In this document: positions 26,401 through 38,499 of the stretch, in pieces
Layout: each line of letters opens with the position of its first letter
Numbering within the stretch: the first letter of the stretch is position 1
Assembly (NCBI GenBank): GCA_028826165.1
Contig: JAPDFW010000136.1
Coordinates: 310,001 to 374,000 of the forward strand
From: Anaeramoeba ignava BMAN
Lineage: Eukaryota > Protista > Anaeramoebae
DNA length: 64,000 nucleotides
Direction: 5' to 3'
Translations under genes and position numbers: made by a program
Notes under the pieces: model-generated
What the model was told of the DNA's origin: nothing
What the model saw: only the letters and a program-made list of their open reading frames with translations
The model's database searches: none

Positions 26401-26797
26401 TTTTTGAATTAATATCAATTCCTTTTTCAATCAATAATTTAATAGTTTCAAATGATGTATTTGGATTTTCACAAGCAAAATGTAAAGCAGTTTGATTTAG
26501 ATCTGTTTTTGCATTAATATCAATTCCTTTTTCAATCAATAATTTGATAGTTTCAAATGATGGATTTTGATGTTCGCAAGCAAAGTGTAATGCAGTTTGA
26601 TTTAGATTTGTTTTTGAATTGATATCAATTCCTTTTTCAATTAATAGATGAATCATTTCTTGTGAGGCTTGTTTTTCGATTGCAAAATGTAAAATGGACT
26701 TTTTGTCTTTGTCTTTTTTAAGTGGTTTGTTTGGGATTTTTTCAATTTTATTTAAGTATTTAATATTGTTTTCTTCAATAGCTTTCAAAATTTTCAT
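23460..26797 (-). CDS. Intronless ankyrin-repeat + BTB protein, paralog B, with apparent frameshifts
   Basis: ORFs 26150-26797, 25810-26217, 25598-25813 and 23460-25580. Mostly 35-aa repeats. The BTB region is nearly identical to paralog A. Confidence 0.85.
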
Positions 26798-26904
26798 TTG
26801 AAAAAAAAAAAAATAAAAAATATTTCAAACTTTTCATTTGAAAAATAAAAAATAAAAATGATTTTTAAAATCCTTTTTATAATGTTTGCAAAAAAAAAAA
26901 ATCA

Positions 26905-26995
26905 ATGAATCAATCTTAAAATCAATGAATCAATCAATTAATCAATCAATCAATTAATCAATCTTAAAATCAATTAATTAATCAATCAATTAATT

Positions 26996-27026
<31 letters not shown>

Positions 27027-27170
27027 TAATCAATCAATGAATCAATCAATGAATCAATTAATCAATCTTAAAATCAATCAATCAATCTTAAAATCAATCT
27101 TAAAAATCAATCTTAATCAATCAATCAATCAATCAATCTTAAAATCAATCTTAAAATCAATCAATCAAAT
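26905..27170. repeat. (AATC)n microsatellite
   Basis: Directly visible. Confidence 0.85.
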
Positions 27171-28296
27171 TCACTTCCGATCAATAACACTCGGTCCAAA
27201 TTCTTCATATTCTTCTTTTGAAATCCACCATGGTTGGAAAAGTCCCAATGATCCGAAAATAGATCCTCCAATCCAAACTGAAATTTTACGTTCTGGAGGA
27301 GCAGTGACATTAACTTTTGTGTTATTTCCAACTAATAATTTAATTTCCTTTTGAAGTCTTTCTTCGAAATTGGGAAAAAGTGTTGTTCCTCCTGATAGAA
27401 CAATATTTTGAAACAAATCCTTGCGTGTGTCAATATCAGATTCCATAATTGAGTTTGTAAATTAATTTATGAATTCCATCTAAATCAATTCCAATTATTC
27501 TTGGATCAAATAAGGATTCACAACATTTGATTCTTTCTTCAGAAATTGAAATGATATCCCCATTTTTAGATTCATATTCTTTTTCCAAGTGAAATTGGTT
27601 TTCATTTTGTTTGATTTCTTCTTGATAGTTGGTTGAGCAATAACAAAAACGTTGTTTGATTTCTCTTGCCATTTCAATTTCAGAAGATGTTGTAAAAGAA
27701 TATCCTTTTTCTTCTAATAATTTGATTAAATATTGAGTTAAATCCACTCCAGAAATATTGTATCTATCTATTGCATGTGAAATTTCATATCCTTCGTAAA
27801 TTGGTTGAATAGCTGTGGTTCCATGTCCAATATCAACAACAATTCCTGTTGTTCTTCCTGATGAATATAAAGACAAAATTTGGGCATTATGCATATAAAA
27901 AGCAGAGATATCAAATGTTTCAAACATGATTTGAGTTGTTTTTTCTTTTGAACTTTTTGGATTAAATTGTGGATAAGTCATCAAAAAAAGACAATTTTTT
28001 GGATCAATTTTTAATTGAGAAGTGAAAAGATAATTCCATATTGTTTCCATATTATCCCAATCTTCAACAATCCCCCTTTGGATTGGATAATTTAGATTCA
28101 ATATTTCTCGATTTTTTTGAGCTTCATTTCCAATATATTCTTTTTTTGTAAAATCATTTATATTTGTTTGATTTATTAAATTTCCAACAACATTTGATAA
28201 GATTATTGTTGGTTCATCATCTCCTGCAAATCCTGATTTGATTTCAAAGCTTCCATTATCAATAACAACTCTTCGTGGATAATCTGATTCGTACAT
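27171..28296 (-). CDS. Divergent actin / actin-like protein, intronless, one frameshift near 27445
   Basis: [75 protein letters not shown] and [18 protein letters not shown]. Confidence 0.92.
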
Positions 28297-28356
28297 TTAT
28301 TTTTTAAAAAAAGAAAATGAATTTTTTTTTTTTTTCATTTTTTTTCTTTTTCAAAA

Positions 28357-30627
28357 ATGAATGAAATTTTATTTTTTGGTTCAAATAAAGAACCAAAACT
28401 TATTAAAAATGAACCAGATTCAATAACGAAACCAATTCAATTTAAATTTGAAAATGAAAATGAAAATGAAAATGAAAATGAAAATGAAAATGAAAATGAA
28501 AATGAAAAACAAATTAAACAAATTGTTTCAGGTTATTTTGCAACAATTTTCCTTTTTAAAAATGGAAAAGCAATAGAATATTTAAAAGAAAATGATTCAA
28601 AACAAAATCCTCAAAAAATCCAAATCGAAAATATTCAAAAAGTAACTGTTGGTTATTCAAATGAAGCTATTTTAACAATAGAAGGAAATGTATTTGCAAA
28701 AGGAAGAAATATTAATTCAAAAAATCCAAAAGAATTTATCAATATTTCATCATTAATTGAAGATACAAATGATAGAATAATTGAAGATGTTGTTTCTGGA
28801 TACGGTTCAATTTACTTATTAACTTCAAATCAAAATGTTTATGGAATTGGTTCAAATGAATATGGTCAACTTGGTTTTGATAATATCGAAATGAAAAAAA
28901 CAGAAAAACCAATTTTAATGATGAAAAATGTTTCTAAAATATTTTCAGGAAATACTTCAAATCGTGTTTTTCTTTTAAATTCAAATCAAGAATTATTTGT
29001 ATGTGGTGAAAATAGATATGGGAAAGCTGGATTAGGAGAATCAAGAAAAGAAAAAGAAATCCAAAAATTAACCAAAATCCAAAATATTCCAAAAGGCAAA
29101 ATAATTGATATTCAATGTGCATATTCACATTCGATAATGTTGATTGAAAATCAAAATCAAAATCTAAATCAAAATCTAAATCAAAATCAAAATCTAAATG
29201 AAAATCAAAATCAAAATCAAAATCAAAATCAAAATCAAAATCAAAATCAAAATCAAAATCAAAATCAAATTCAAAATCAAAATCAAAATCAAAATCAAAA
29301 TCAAAATCAAAATCAAAATCAAAATCAAAATCAAATTCAAAATCAAAATCAAAAATCAAAATCAAAATCAAAATCTAACAAATCAAAATGGAAATGGAAA
29401 AAAATGAAGATACAAATGAATTTCAAAATCAAATCAAATCAATTTCAAAAATGAATTGAAAATCAAAATCAAAATCAAATTCAAAATCAAAATCAAAATC
29501 AAAATCAAAATCAAAATCAAAATCAAATTCAAAATCAAATTCAAAATCAAAATCAAAATCAAAATCAAAATCAAAATCAAAATCAAAATCAAAATCAAAA
29601 TCAAAATCAAAATCAAAATCAAAATCAAAATCCAAAAAGAAAACTTTATTCATGCGGAAGATACATATATAATGGACTTGGAAAAGAAAATGAAGATACA
29701 AATGAATTTACTGAAATCAAATCATCTTTATTTGAAAATGATTATGATGATTATATTATTGATTTTTCTTGTGGTGTATTTCAGAATTTGATTTTAACAT
29801 CAAAAGGGAAACTAATAGGAGTTGGAGGTAATTTTTATGGTGAATTAGGAACTATAGATACAAAAAATCAAAGAAATCCAATTCAAATTAAACTTCCTAA
29901 ATTAAGATTTAATGAAGATATTTCTAATTATCATGTTTATTGTGGATATTACAAATCATTTCTTTATTATTCTTATGCTTCTTTTTCCAATCTTGAAGAA
30001 GATTTGATAAAACTATTCCGAAGAAAAGAATTTTGCAATATTTCATTTAAAACAGAAAATGGAGAAATAATTGAAGCTCATAAATTAATATTAAAATATA
30101 GATTAAAAAATCAAAATGAAATTGAAAAACTTCAAGAAATTATTTCAAATAAATCAATTAAAGAATCAAATCAAATATTTGAAATGATTTATTCAAACAG
30201 AATAATAAATCCAAAATTATATTCAGAAATTAAAGAAATTATAAATTTAAATGAAAAAATAGAAGAAACAATGAAAAGAATTTATTTAAATGAAAATGAA
30301 AATGAAAAAGATTTTATTATTGAAAGAAAAGAAAAACAATATAAATTTCCAAAATTAATATTAATAATGAGAAGTGAATTATATCGAGGAATGTTTTTAT
30401 CTGTAACAAATGATACTTCTAATAAAGTTACAGATTATAGTGAATTAAGTAATAAATCATTTCAAATATTTGAATATTGGATTTATTCAAATAAAATTAA
30501 AAAAGAAATTCAAATTACACAAGAAATAATTGATGAAATTAAAATTGGAATTGATTATTTTCAATTAAATGAAACAAATCCAAATTTAATTGATTTATTA
30601 ATTAAAAAATTTAATAATCAAAATTAA
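28357..30627 (+). CDS. RCC1-repeat + BTB protein with (NQ)n insert and apparent frameshifts
   Basis: GIGSNEYGQLG, VCGENRYGKAGLG, IQCAYSHS and GVGGNFYGELG RCC1 blades. BTB motifs AHKLILKYR and KLILIMRSELYRGMF. Confidence 0.85.
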
Positions 30628-30699
30628 AAAGAAATTAAAATTAAAAATAAAAAAAGAAAAAAAAATTTGTTTTGTTTTTAATTAAAATTTGAATTAAAA

Positions 30700-30784
30700 T
30701 TTGTTCTCAGAATGCTTACTCAGTCAAAAATAATTTCAGACAAAGTAGGTAAGGAGCGAAGTTTTATTTTCTTCATTGAACAAA
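30700..30784 (-). ncRNA. Box C/D snoRNA, probable SNORD34/snR62-like LSU rRNA methylation guide
   Basis: Minus strand reads tttgttc-aATGAAGA(C box)-aaataaaacttcgctCCTTACCTACTTTGT-CTGA(D')-aattatttt-TGACTGA(C'-like)-gtaagcatt-CTGA(D)-gaacaaa. It has a 7-bp terminal stem. The D' guide is complementary to the conserved LSU segment ACAA(U/A)GUAGGUAAGG. Confidence 0.8.
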
Positions 30785-30877
30785 ATAATTCAAAAAAAAA
30801 TAAAAAAAATGAAAAAAAAAATTAAAAAAAAATATTTTTTTTTTTTTTTGAAAATTAAAATTTCTTTTTGGAAAGTT

Positions 30878-32244
30878 TTAACAACATCCTTTTTTAATTT
30901 CTACTGGTTTTAAATCAATAACATTGTTATTTTCTCCTTTTTTTTCTGATTTCTTTTTTTCAATTTGATAAAGTCCTTTTGCAACAAATTCAAACATTTC
31001 AGAAACTTGATCTCCAGTTTTTGCACTTGTTTTAAAAAAATTGAGTTCATCTTTTTTATGAATTTTCTTTAAAAATATTTAATATTTAATATTTAATATT
31101 TAGATATTTTGATTTTTGGATATTTAATATTTGGATATTTAATATATTTGGATTTTTGGATATTTGATATTTGGATATTTAATATTTAATATTTTAATAT
31201 TTTGGATATTTTAATATTTTAATATTTTATATTTAGATATTTTGGATATTTTTATATTTATATTTGGATATTTTGATATTTGGATATTTAATATTTGGAT
31301 ATTTAATATTTTGGATATTTAATATTTATTAATTAATATTTAATTAAAATACTTTTAAATGTTCTTCAGGTGATTCAATTTGATTTGGAAGATCAGATTT
31401 ATTTCCAACAAAAATAATTAAAGGATCCACTTTTGCAATATCATCAATTTTTGCAAGAATATCTTGTAATTCTTGAAGTGATTTTTCATTTGTTAAATCG
31501 AAAACAAGAATAAATGCTTCTCCTTTCCTGTATTTTTGAACATTAAAATTTGATTAAAATTTAAATTTTAAACAATTTTGAATTTTAAAATACCGAAAAA
31601 GAGCATCAGTGGGTTGAGATTGATGTTCTTCTAAACCTGCTGTATCCCACTTTTGAATTGGAAATTAAAATATAAATTAAAATTAAAATTCATTTATAAA
31701 ATTAAAATTAAAATTAAAATTCATTTATAAAATTAAAATTAAAATTAAAATTCATTTATAAAATAAAATTAAAATTAAAATCACAATTTGTAACCGAATA
31801 GTTTTCTTTTCTATTTCAATATCTTTTGTTCTCTAATAAAATTCAAAATTAAAATTAAAATTAAAATTAAAGTTAAAATTAAAATTAAAATTAAAATTAA
31901 AATTAAAATTAAAATTAAAATTAAAATTAAAATTAAAATTAAAATTAAAATTAAAATTAAAATTAAAATTAAAATTAAAATTAAAATTAAAATTAAAGTT
32001 AAAAAGAAAATTTACAAAATCAACTTGGAAAGATATTTTTCGTTCAGATTCAAAAGTGTAATCCTTTTTTTATTTAATTAATTTTTTGATTATTTTTTAA
32101 ATTAAAATTTTTTGCTTTTTATTTATTATTTTTGTGGAAGAAAAAAAAAGAATTAATATTTACAACATATCGAAGAATTAAACTTGTTTTACCGACATTA
32201 CTTGTTCCAAGAATAGAAATTGGAAATAAAACATCAAAACTCAT
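30878..32244 (-). CDS. Divergent Rab-family small GTPase, 6 exons (absent from the ORF track)
   Basis: Exons 32244-32164, 32063-32016, 31832-31785, 31649-31594, 31527-31353 and 31066-30878. Motifs GTSNVGKT, IRLQIWDTAGLE, VGNKSD, KTSAK and C-terminal KKGCC*. Confidence 0.9.
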
Positions 32245-32320
32245 TTCAAAAAAAAAAAGGAAAAAAAGGAAAAAAATGAAAAAAAATAATTCATTTTGAA
32301 ATTTTAATTAAAAAAAAAAA

Positions 32321-33744
32321 TCAAAAAATAAAACAACTTTTTTGTTCTTTTTCTTTCAATTTTTCTTCTAAAAATGAATTAATCTTTTGATTTAATTGAA
32401 AAAACTTGACAGACTCTAACATTTCTTTATAAAATTTAAATTTAGAATTTTTAGGAATTTCATCAGAATAAAAAAAATGAATAATTGCATTTAAAACTTC
32501 AATTTTTGAACCACTATAATCATTAACTTGATTAGAATTATCATTTGTAACTGATAAAAACATTCCTCGAAATAATTCACTTCTTGCTAATAATATTATT
32601 TTATGAACTTTGATTTTTTCTTGATTTGAAATGATCACAAAATCTTTGGATTCATTTTCATTCATTAATCTTTTGAAATCTTCAAGAAGTTTTGATTTTC
32701 CAATCTCAAAATCAATTTTTGTTAAATTCTTGAGTTTTTCTTTCCATTCTTTGAAAATATGAAGGTTTTTTGAAGGAAAAATTCCTGAATAAATCCATTC
32801 AATTAAAATTTCCACTTCTTTTTGGGAATTTTTGGAAAGAATGTTTTGGAGTTCATTTTCAATCTGATTTTCATCAATTCTAAGTCTGTTTTGGAGAAGA
32901 ATTTTATGGACAGGAATCACTTCTTTGTTTCCATTTTCACCAATACAAAAAAGTTCAAAATCACATAATTCTTTCCTTAAATAAAGTTGTTTCATATCAT
33001 CAACAACTGAATATACTTCAAATTCGTTTGAATTTTTTTGGAAAGATTCAATAAAAGGAATCAATTCGAAAATATTACTTGTCATTTTTTGTGAGCATTT
33101 TTCAATATTAATATTTTCTTTTGAAGAAACTTCACAATATTTCATTCCAAAATCTTTCGCAAGTTGTTTTGCTTGATATTTGTCAATTTTTCGATTTTCT
33201 TGAAGATCTAATTTTGTTCCAATTAACATTAAATGTGTATTTTCCGAAATGTATTTTTTAGTGAAATCAATTTTCTTTTGGATTTCTTGAAATGATTCTT
33301 CATTTGTAATATCAAATAAAAAGAAAATTCCATTCACATTTCGATAAAACACTATAAAAGAAAGCATAGTCAATTTTTCAATTTGTTTTGTTCAATATTT
33401 TTGTGTTATTTACTTGCTATATTTCCATAATAATTTGCTAAATTAAATTTTGTAAAAAAATAAAAAGAAAAATTTAATGTTTTTTTCTTTTTGGGAAAAT
33501 TTTGAATCAAGTTTTTTGATAAAGAAAATTCTTAAAAAACAAACATGAATGCAAATCCCAAACTTGTAACTGTATTTGTTTATTGTTTATTTGGATAGTT
33601 TTTAACTCGAAATTCAGGAGTAAGTTTTGTTGAATCATTTTCAAATTCATTTTTACAAAATCGGAGAATAAATTGAGTTTTTCCAGAATTATGAAAACCA
33701 TCAACATAAATTTTAAAAATAAAATCAAAATTTTGGAAATTCAT
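32321..33744 (-). CDS. Rab-like GTPase fused to tandem BTB-like domains, ending in CaaX (CFIF)
   Basis: ATG at 33744: FDFIFKIYVDGFHNSGKT. A frameshift near 33610 leads to KTIQINNKQIQLQVWDL, then a 24-nt exon ~33414-33437, then FYRNVNGIFFLFDIT, GTKLD, EVSSK, VHKILLQNR, VHKIILLARSELFRGMF and KSCFIF*. Confidence 0.8.
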
Positions 33745-33871
33745 TATTAAAAAAAGAAAGCAAAAAAAAAAAAAAAAAAAAAAAGAAAAAAAATGAATTT
33801 TTAAGTTCTTACTTTAAATTTTCATTTTTTTAATTTCAAATTCAAATTTATTTTTATTTTTATTTTTTAAA

Positions 33872-36800
33872 ATGGGAAGTAACCAAACAAAAAAAAAACC
33901 AACAAACCAAAAAAAAGAAGAAGAACAAAAAGATAATAAACAAGATATAATTGCCAATTTACAAAACAAGGGTAATTTTTGGAATATTGGAAAAGAAATG
34001 GAATATTATTTCAAAACATCAAGATTTATCACTTTAATTTCAACGGACAAAATAACGTACAAACCAGGAGAAAAAATATATATTCGAATAATAGCATTAG
34101 ATGCATTTACACATCGTCCATTTAATATAACAGAAAATTTCTATGGAGAAGCAAAATGTGAGATAATGGATCCAATGAATGTGAATGTATTCAAATCAGA
34201 TATTGAGATTAGTGAGCAAAGCACGTTTTCTTTATCATGGGATATTCCAAAAAACATTAAAGGAGGTGAATTTACAATAAAATTTTCTATGATGGAATTT
34301 GCCGGATTTCCACCGACTTTAAGAAAATTTACAATTAGGAGTTATTCTCCTCCAAGACTCAAATCGGAACTTGAATTCATACAAAAAGCATATGGTGAAG
34401 GTGATGAAGTTCAAGCAAATCTTTCAGTTCAAAGAGCCGAAGGTGGAATTCCTGAAGGAGCAACTGTAACTGCTATTGCCAGACTTGATAATCAAGAAAT
34501 TTATCGTGGAAATTATTCAATTGATAAAAATGGGAAGTGTCTCGTTTCCTTTAAATTGCCGAACCAAATTTCAGTTGGAATTGGTTCTTTAAATTGCTCA
34601 ATTAAAGATGGTGGTGTTACTGAAAGTGCTTCTAAATCTCTTCCTATTGTTTTGAGAAAATTGGATGTTAAGATTTATCCTGAAGGTGGTGAACTTATTG
34701 CTGGTGTTCGTTGTGGTGTTTATTTTGAAGCAATAACTCCAAATGGGAAGCCTGGAGATTTTGAAGGAATTTTAATTTGTGATAAAGATAAAGATCAAAA
34801 TCAAGAAAAGGGGATAATAAGTAAAAAATTTACAAATATTTAATTTAAAAATTTAAAAAAATTTAATTTAAAAATTTAAAAATATTTAATTTAAAAATTT
34901 ATAAATATTTAATTCAAAAATTTATAAATATTTAATTTGAAAATTTAAAAATTTAATCCAAAAAAATTCAAAAAAATTTAATTTATAAATTTATAAATAT
35001 TTAATTTAAAAATTTATAAATATTTAATTTGATTTAGTTAAAACATCACATGAAGGAAGAGGTAGATTCGAATTCATTCCTCAATTTAATACTCAATACT
35101 CAATCAAAATTAATAAACCTTTCGGTGTTACTGTTCCTGTTATGCTTCCTAAAGCTCTTAAAACAGGTGTTTCTTTAATTTCAAACAAAACAGTTTTCAA
35201 TTACAAAGAACCAATTACTATTTCAATAGCATCACCTCAAGAAATCAAAGAATTAGCAGTTGTTTTATTCAAAAAAGAACAAGAAATTTGTCATAAAAAA
35301 ATCCAAAAACTAGAAAAAGAACAAATTGTGGAATTGGATCATAAAATTTTTGATGGAGTTTTAAGAGTAACTGTTTATGATATTAAGAACAAAAAACCAC
35401 TTGCAGAAAGAATTGTGTTTGCTCTTCCTGAAGATGAAATTGTGTTCAATATCATTCCTGATAAACAAACTTATTGCCCAGGAGATAGTGTAAATTTGAC
35501 AATTGAATCACAAACAAAATCAGGAAAACCAGTTGAAGCTTTTTGTGGAATCACAGTTACAGATGATGCTATTTATCAAATGACAGAAAAAAGAGAAAGA
35601 CCACCAAGATTACCTGCAATGTATTTCTTGGAAAATGAAGTGGAACATTTAGAAGATTGCCAAATTTATTTATCACCTCAAATCCAAATTCAAAATCAAA
35701 ATCAAGATCAAAAAGAAAATGAAAAAGAAAATCAAAATCAATATCAAAATTTGGATTTGCTTTTAGGAACTCAAGGTTGGAGAAGATTTATTAAAATTAA
35801 TGCAAATACATTGGAATCAGAAAAATGAAAAGATTATTTGTAGTTTCATTAGATGATGATTATGAAACTGATGATGATTATGATGATGATGATGATTATG
35901 ATGATGAAAGTGAAAGTGATGGTGAAGATGAAGATGAAGATGAAGATGAAGATGAAATAATTGAAAGTAGATTCAAAAGAAGAGAAGATATCAAATTTAA
36001 AAAGAATGATTCAATCAAAGCAAAATCAAAACCACAACCAAAGAAAGAAAAACAAATTAATGAAAATGAAAATGAAAATGAAAATGAAAATGAAAATGAA
36101 AGTGAAAATGAAAATGAAAAACAAAATGAAAACGAAATGGAAATTGAAGAAGAAAAAGAAAGAGAGGAAATGCCAATTGCAAAACCAATTATGCAAAAAG
36201 AAATGCAAAGTAAATTTTCAAAAGAAATAATGATGAAACCAGCTTTTATGGAGGATTTAAAAGAAATCAAACCTACAAGAATAACTAGACCATATTTACG
36301 TGAATATGCACATACAGGAAAACCCAAAACATCAAACCAAAGACAAGATTTCACAAGCACACTTTATTATTGTGGATGTTTGAAAACGGAAAAAAGAAAA
36401 GACAAAATTTTGAGAAAAATTTCATTTCAATTAAATGATTCAGTTTCTTCATTCAAAGTCTTTATTGATGGATTCACAAATGAAGGGATATTGGGTTATT
36501 CAGAAAGTTTTGTTTTGAATTCACAAAAACCTTTCTATTTAGAACCAAGACTTCCACTTGAGGTTTCTTTTGGAGATCAAATCACTGTTCCTGTTGCACT
36601 TGTGAATTCACTTTCTCAAAACATCAATCTCTTACTTGAAGCTAATGTTTTAGATAAAGGATTAAGTTTGAAAGGAGATTCAAAAGTGAAAGAAGTTCTA
36701 AAACCAAACGAAAGAACAAAAAAACATTTCCAAATGATTGTAAATAACGCAAGAGAAGATTCGAGAGTGAAAATCCAAGGAGTAGATGAATCGAATCAAC

Positions 36801-38497
36801 AGATCAAAGATGATGTTACAAGAACAATCTCAATCAAACCCGCAGGATTTCCCACTAAGCTTCAGATGAGTGGAGTGTTAAATCCAGACGAAAAGAAAAA
36901 CTACAATTTTGATATCTATAAGAATATTTTGCAAGGAAGTTTAAGAACATATTGCGCTATTTATCCATCACCAATGTCGAATTTGGCAGATGCATTGAAA
37001 TCATTGATTCGCGAACCTTATGGATGTTTTGAGCAAACTTCAACAACGGTTTATCCTTTAATTATGGCTCAGCAATATTTCAAATCACATTCTGGAGTTG
37101 ATCCAAATTTTATTATTGAATCAAACAAGAAATTGGAAAACGGATACAAAAGATTAATTGGATATGAATGCAAAGAAGGCGGATTCAGTTGGTTTGGATC
37201 CAGTCCAGCCTCAGAAGCGTTAACCGCAATGGGAATCCTTGAATTTACTGATCTTTCATATGTTTTCCCAGTTGATCGAGTTATGCTTGAAAGAACCAAA
37301 TCATGGCTTTTTTCGAAATTGGACACCGAAAAAGGTATTTTCATCAGAAATTCTTACGCTCCTGATCATCTTAGTCATGCTCCTGATGAAATCACAAACG
37401 CATATATCGCTTGGTCTTTATCAGAATCAAATATCGAAATCAAACAATTTAAATCAGCAATTGATTATTTGATCAAGAACACAAAAGAAGGAGGTTTCGC
37501 AAATGATTCGTATTTCCTTGCGCTTGTTTCCTTGATTCTCTTCAATTTCGGAATGAAAGATGATGCCTTCCAGTTGGCAAAGAAATTGCTTGATTTGGAA
37601 GCACAAGAAGCAGATGGAGTAGTGAAAAAATCAAAAACATCAATAACTTCTTCTTCGGGTCGTAATTTATGGATGGAAACAACTTCGTTTGCTGTTCTTT
37701 CTTGGTTGAATTTCGGAGATTCTTTCATGGAAAATATCATCAAGGGAATCCAGTATATCAATTCGAATTGTCGAGGAGGAAGTTTTGGATCAACTCAAGC
37801 AACAATTCTTGCGTTGAGAGCCATTATCAAATATGATATTATAAATGCAACAATCAGAAAAGAAGGATCAGTCGAATTAAAATTGAATGGGAATTCAATC
37901 GATGCTTTAGGATTTAATGCAAATCATCATGAACCCTTAGTTTTCCCTGATTTCGCAAATGAAATCAAAATTGGAGAGGAAAATAACTTCGAATTGGAAA
38001 TGGTTGAAGGATCTGCACTTTCATTTGCACTTGAGATTCAATACACAACTTTGGAACCCAATTCAGACGAAGAATGTCAAATTGATTTGTCAACAAGAAT
38101 CATCAAAGCAAATTCTAATGATCAAAAAGAAAACAAAATCAAACAAGGCGAACTCACTGAAATTGAAGTTATTGTTTCTAACAAGAAAAACATTGTTGCT
38201 CCAATGACTATTGCTATTATCGGATTACCAGGTGGTTTTGAACCAAGATATGACCAACTCAAAGAACTTAAAAACAAGAATGTTTTTGCCTTTTTTGAAC
38301 TTTTTGGTGCAAGAGAATTAGTTTTTTATTGGTATAATTTGAAACCAAATGAAAAAATTTCTTTCAATATTGATGTTTTAGCTGCTGTTCCTGGAATTTA
38401 TCAAGGTCCTCCTTCAAGAGCTTATCTTTATTATTCAAATGATCTTCGAGTTTGGAATGAACCTTTAAAAATTGAAATTTTGAGTGATGATAATTAA
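33872..38497 (+). CDS. Alpha-2-macroglobulin / thioester-containing protein (TEP)
   Basis: MG-domain motifs STDKITYKPGE and PDKQTYCPGD. Thioester-type PYGCFEQT at ~37016-37039, GGFSWFG, GGSFGSTQAT, and a receptor-binding-like C-terminus. Intron 34821-35037; homopolymer frameshift near 35825. Confidence 0.9.
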
Positions 38498-38499
38498 TT

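Noticed and set aside
29380-29470. Degenerate duplicate of the RCC1 segment aatgaagatacaaatgaattt (true copy near 29690) within the NQ tract
   Set aside because: It is probably a consensus artefact inside the (AATCAA)n repeat.
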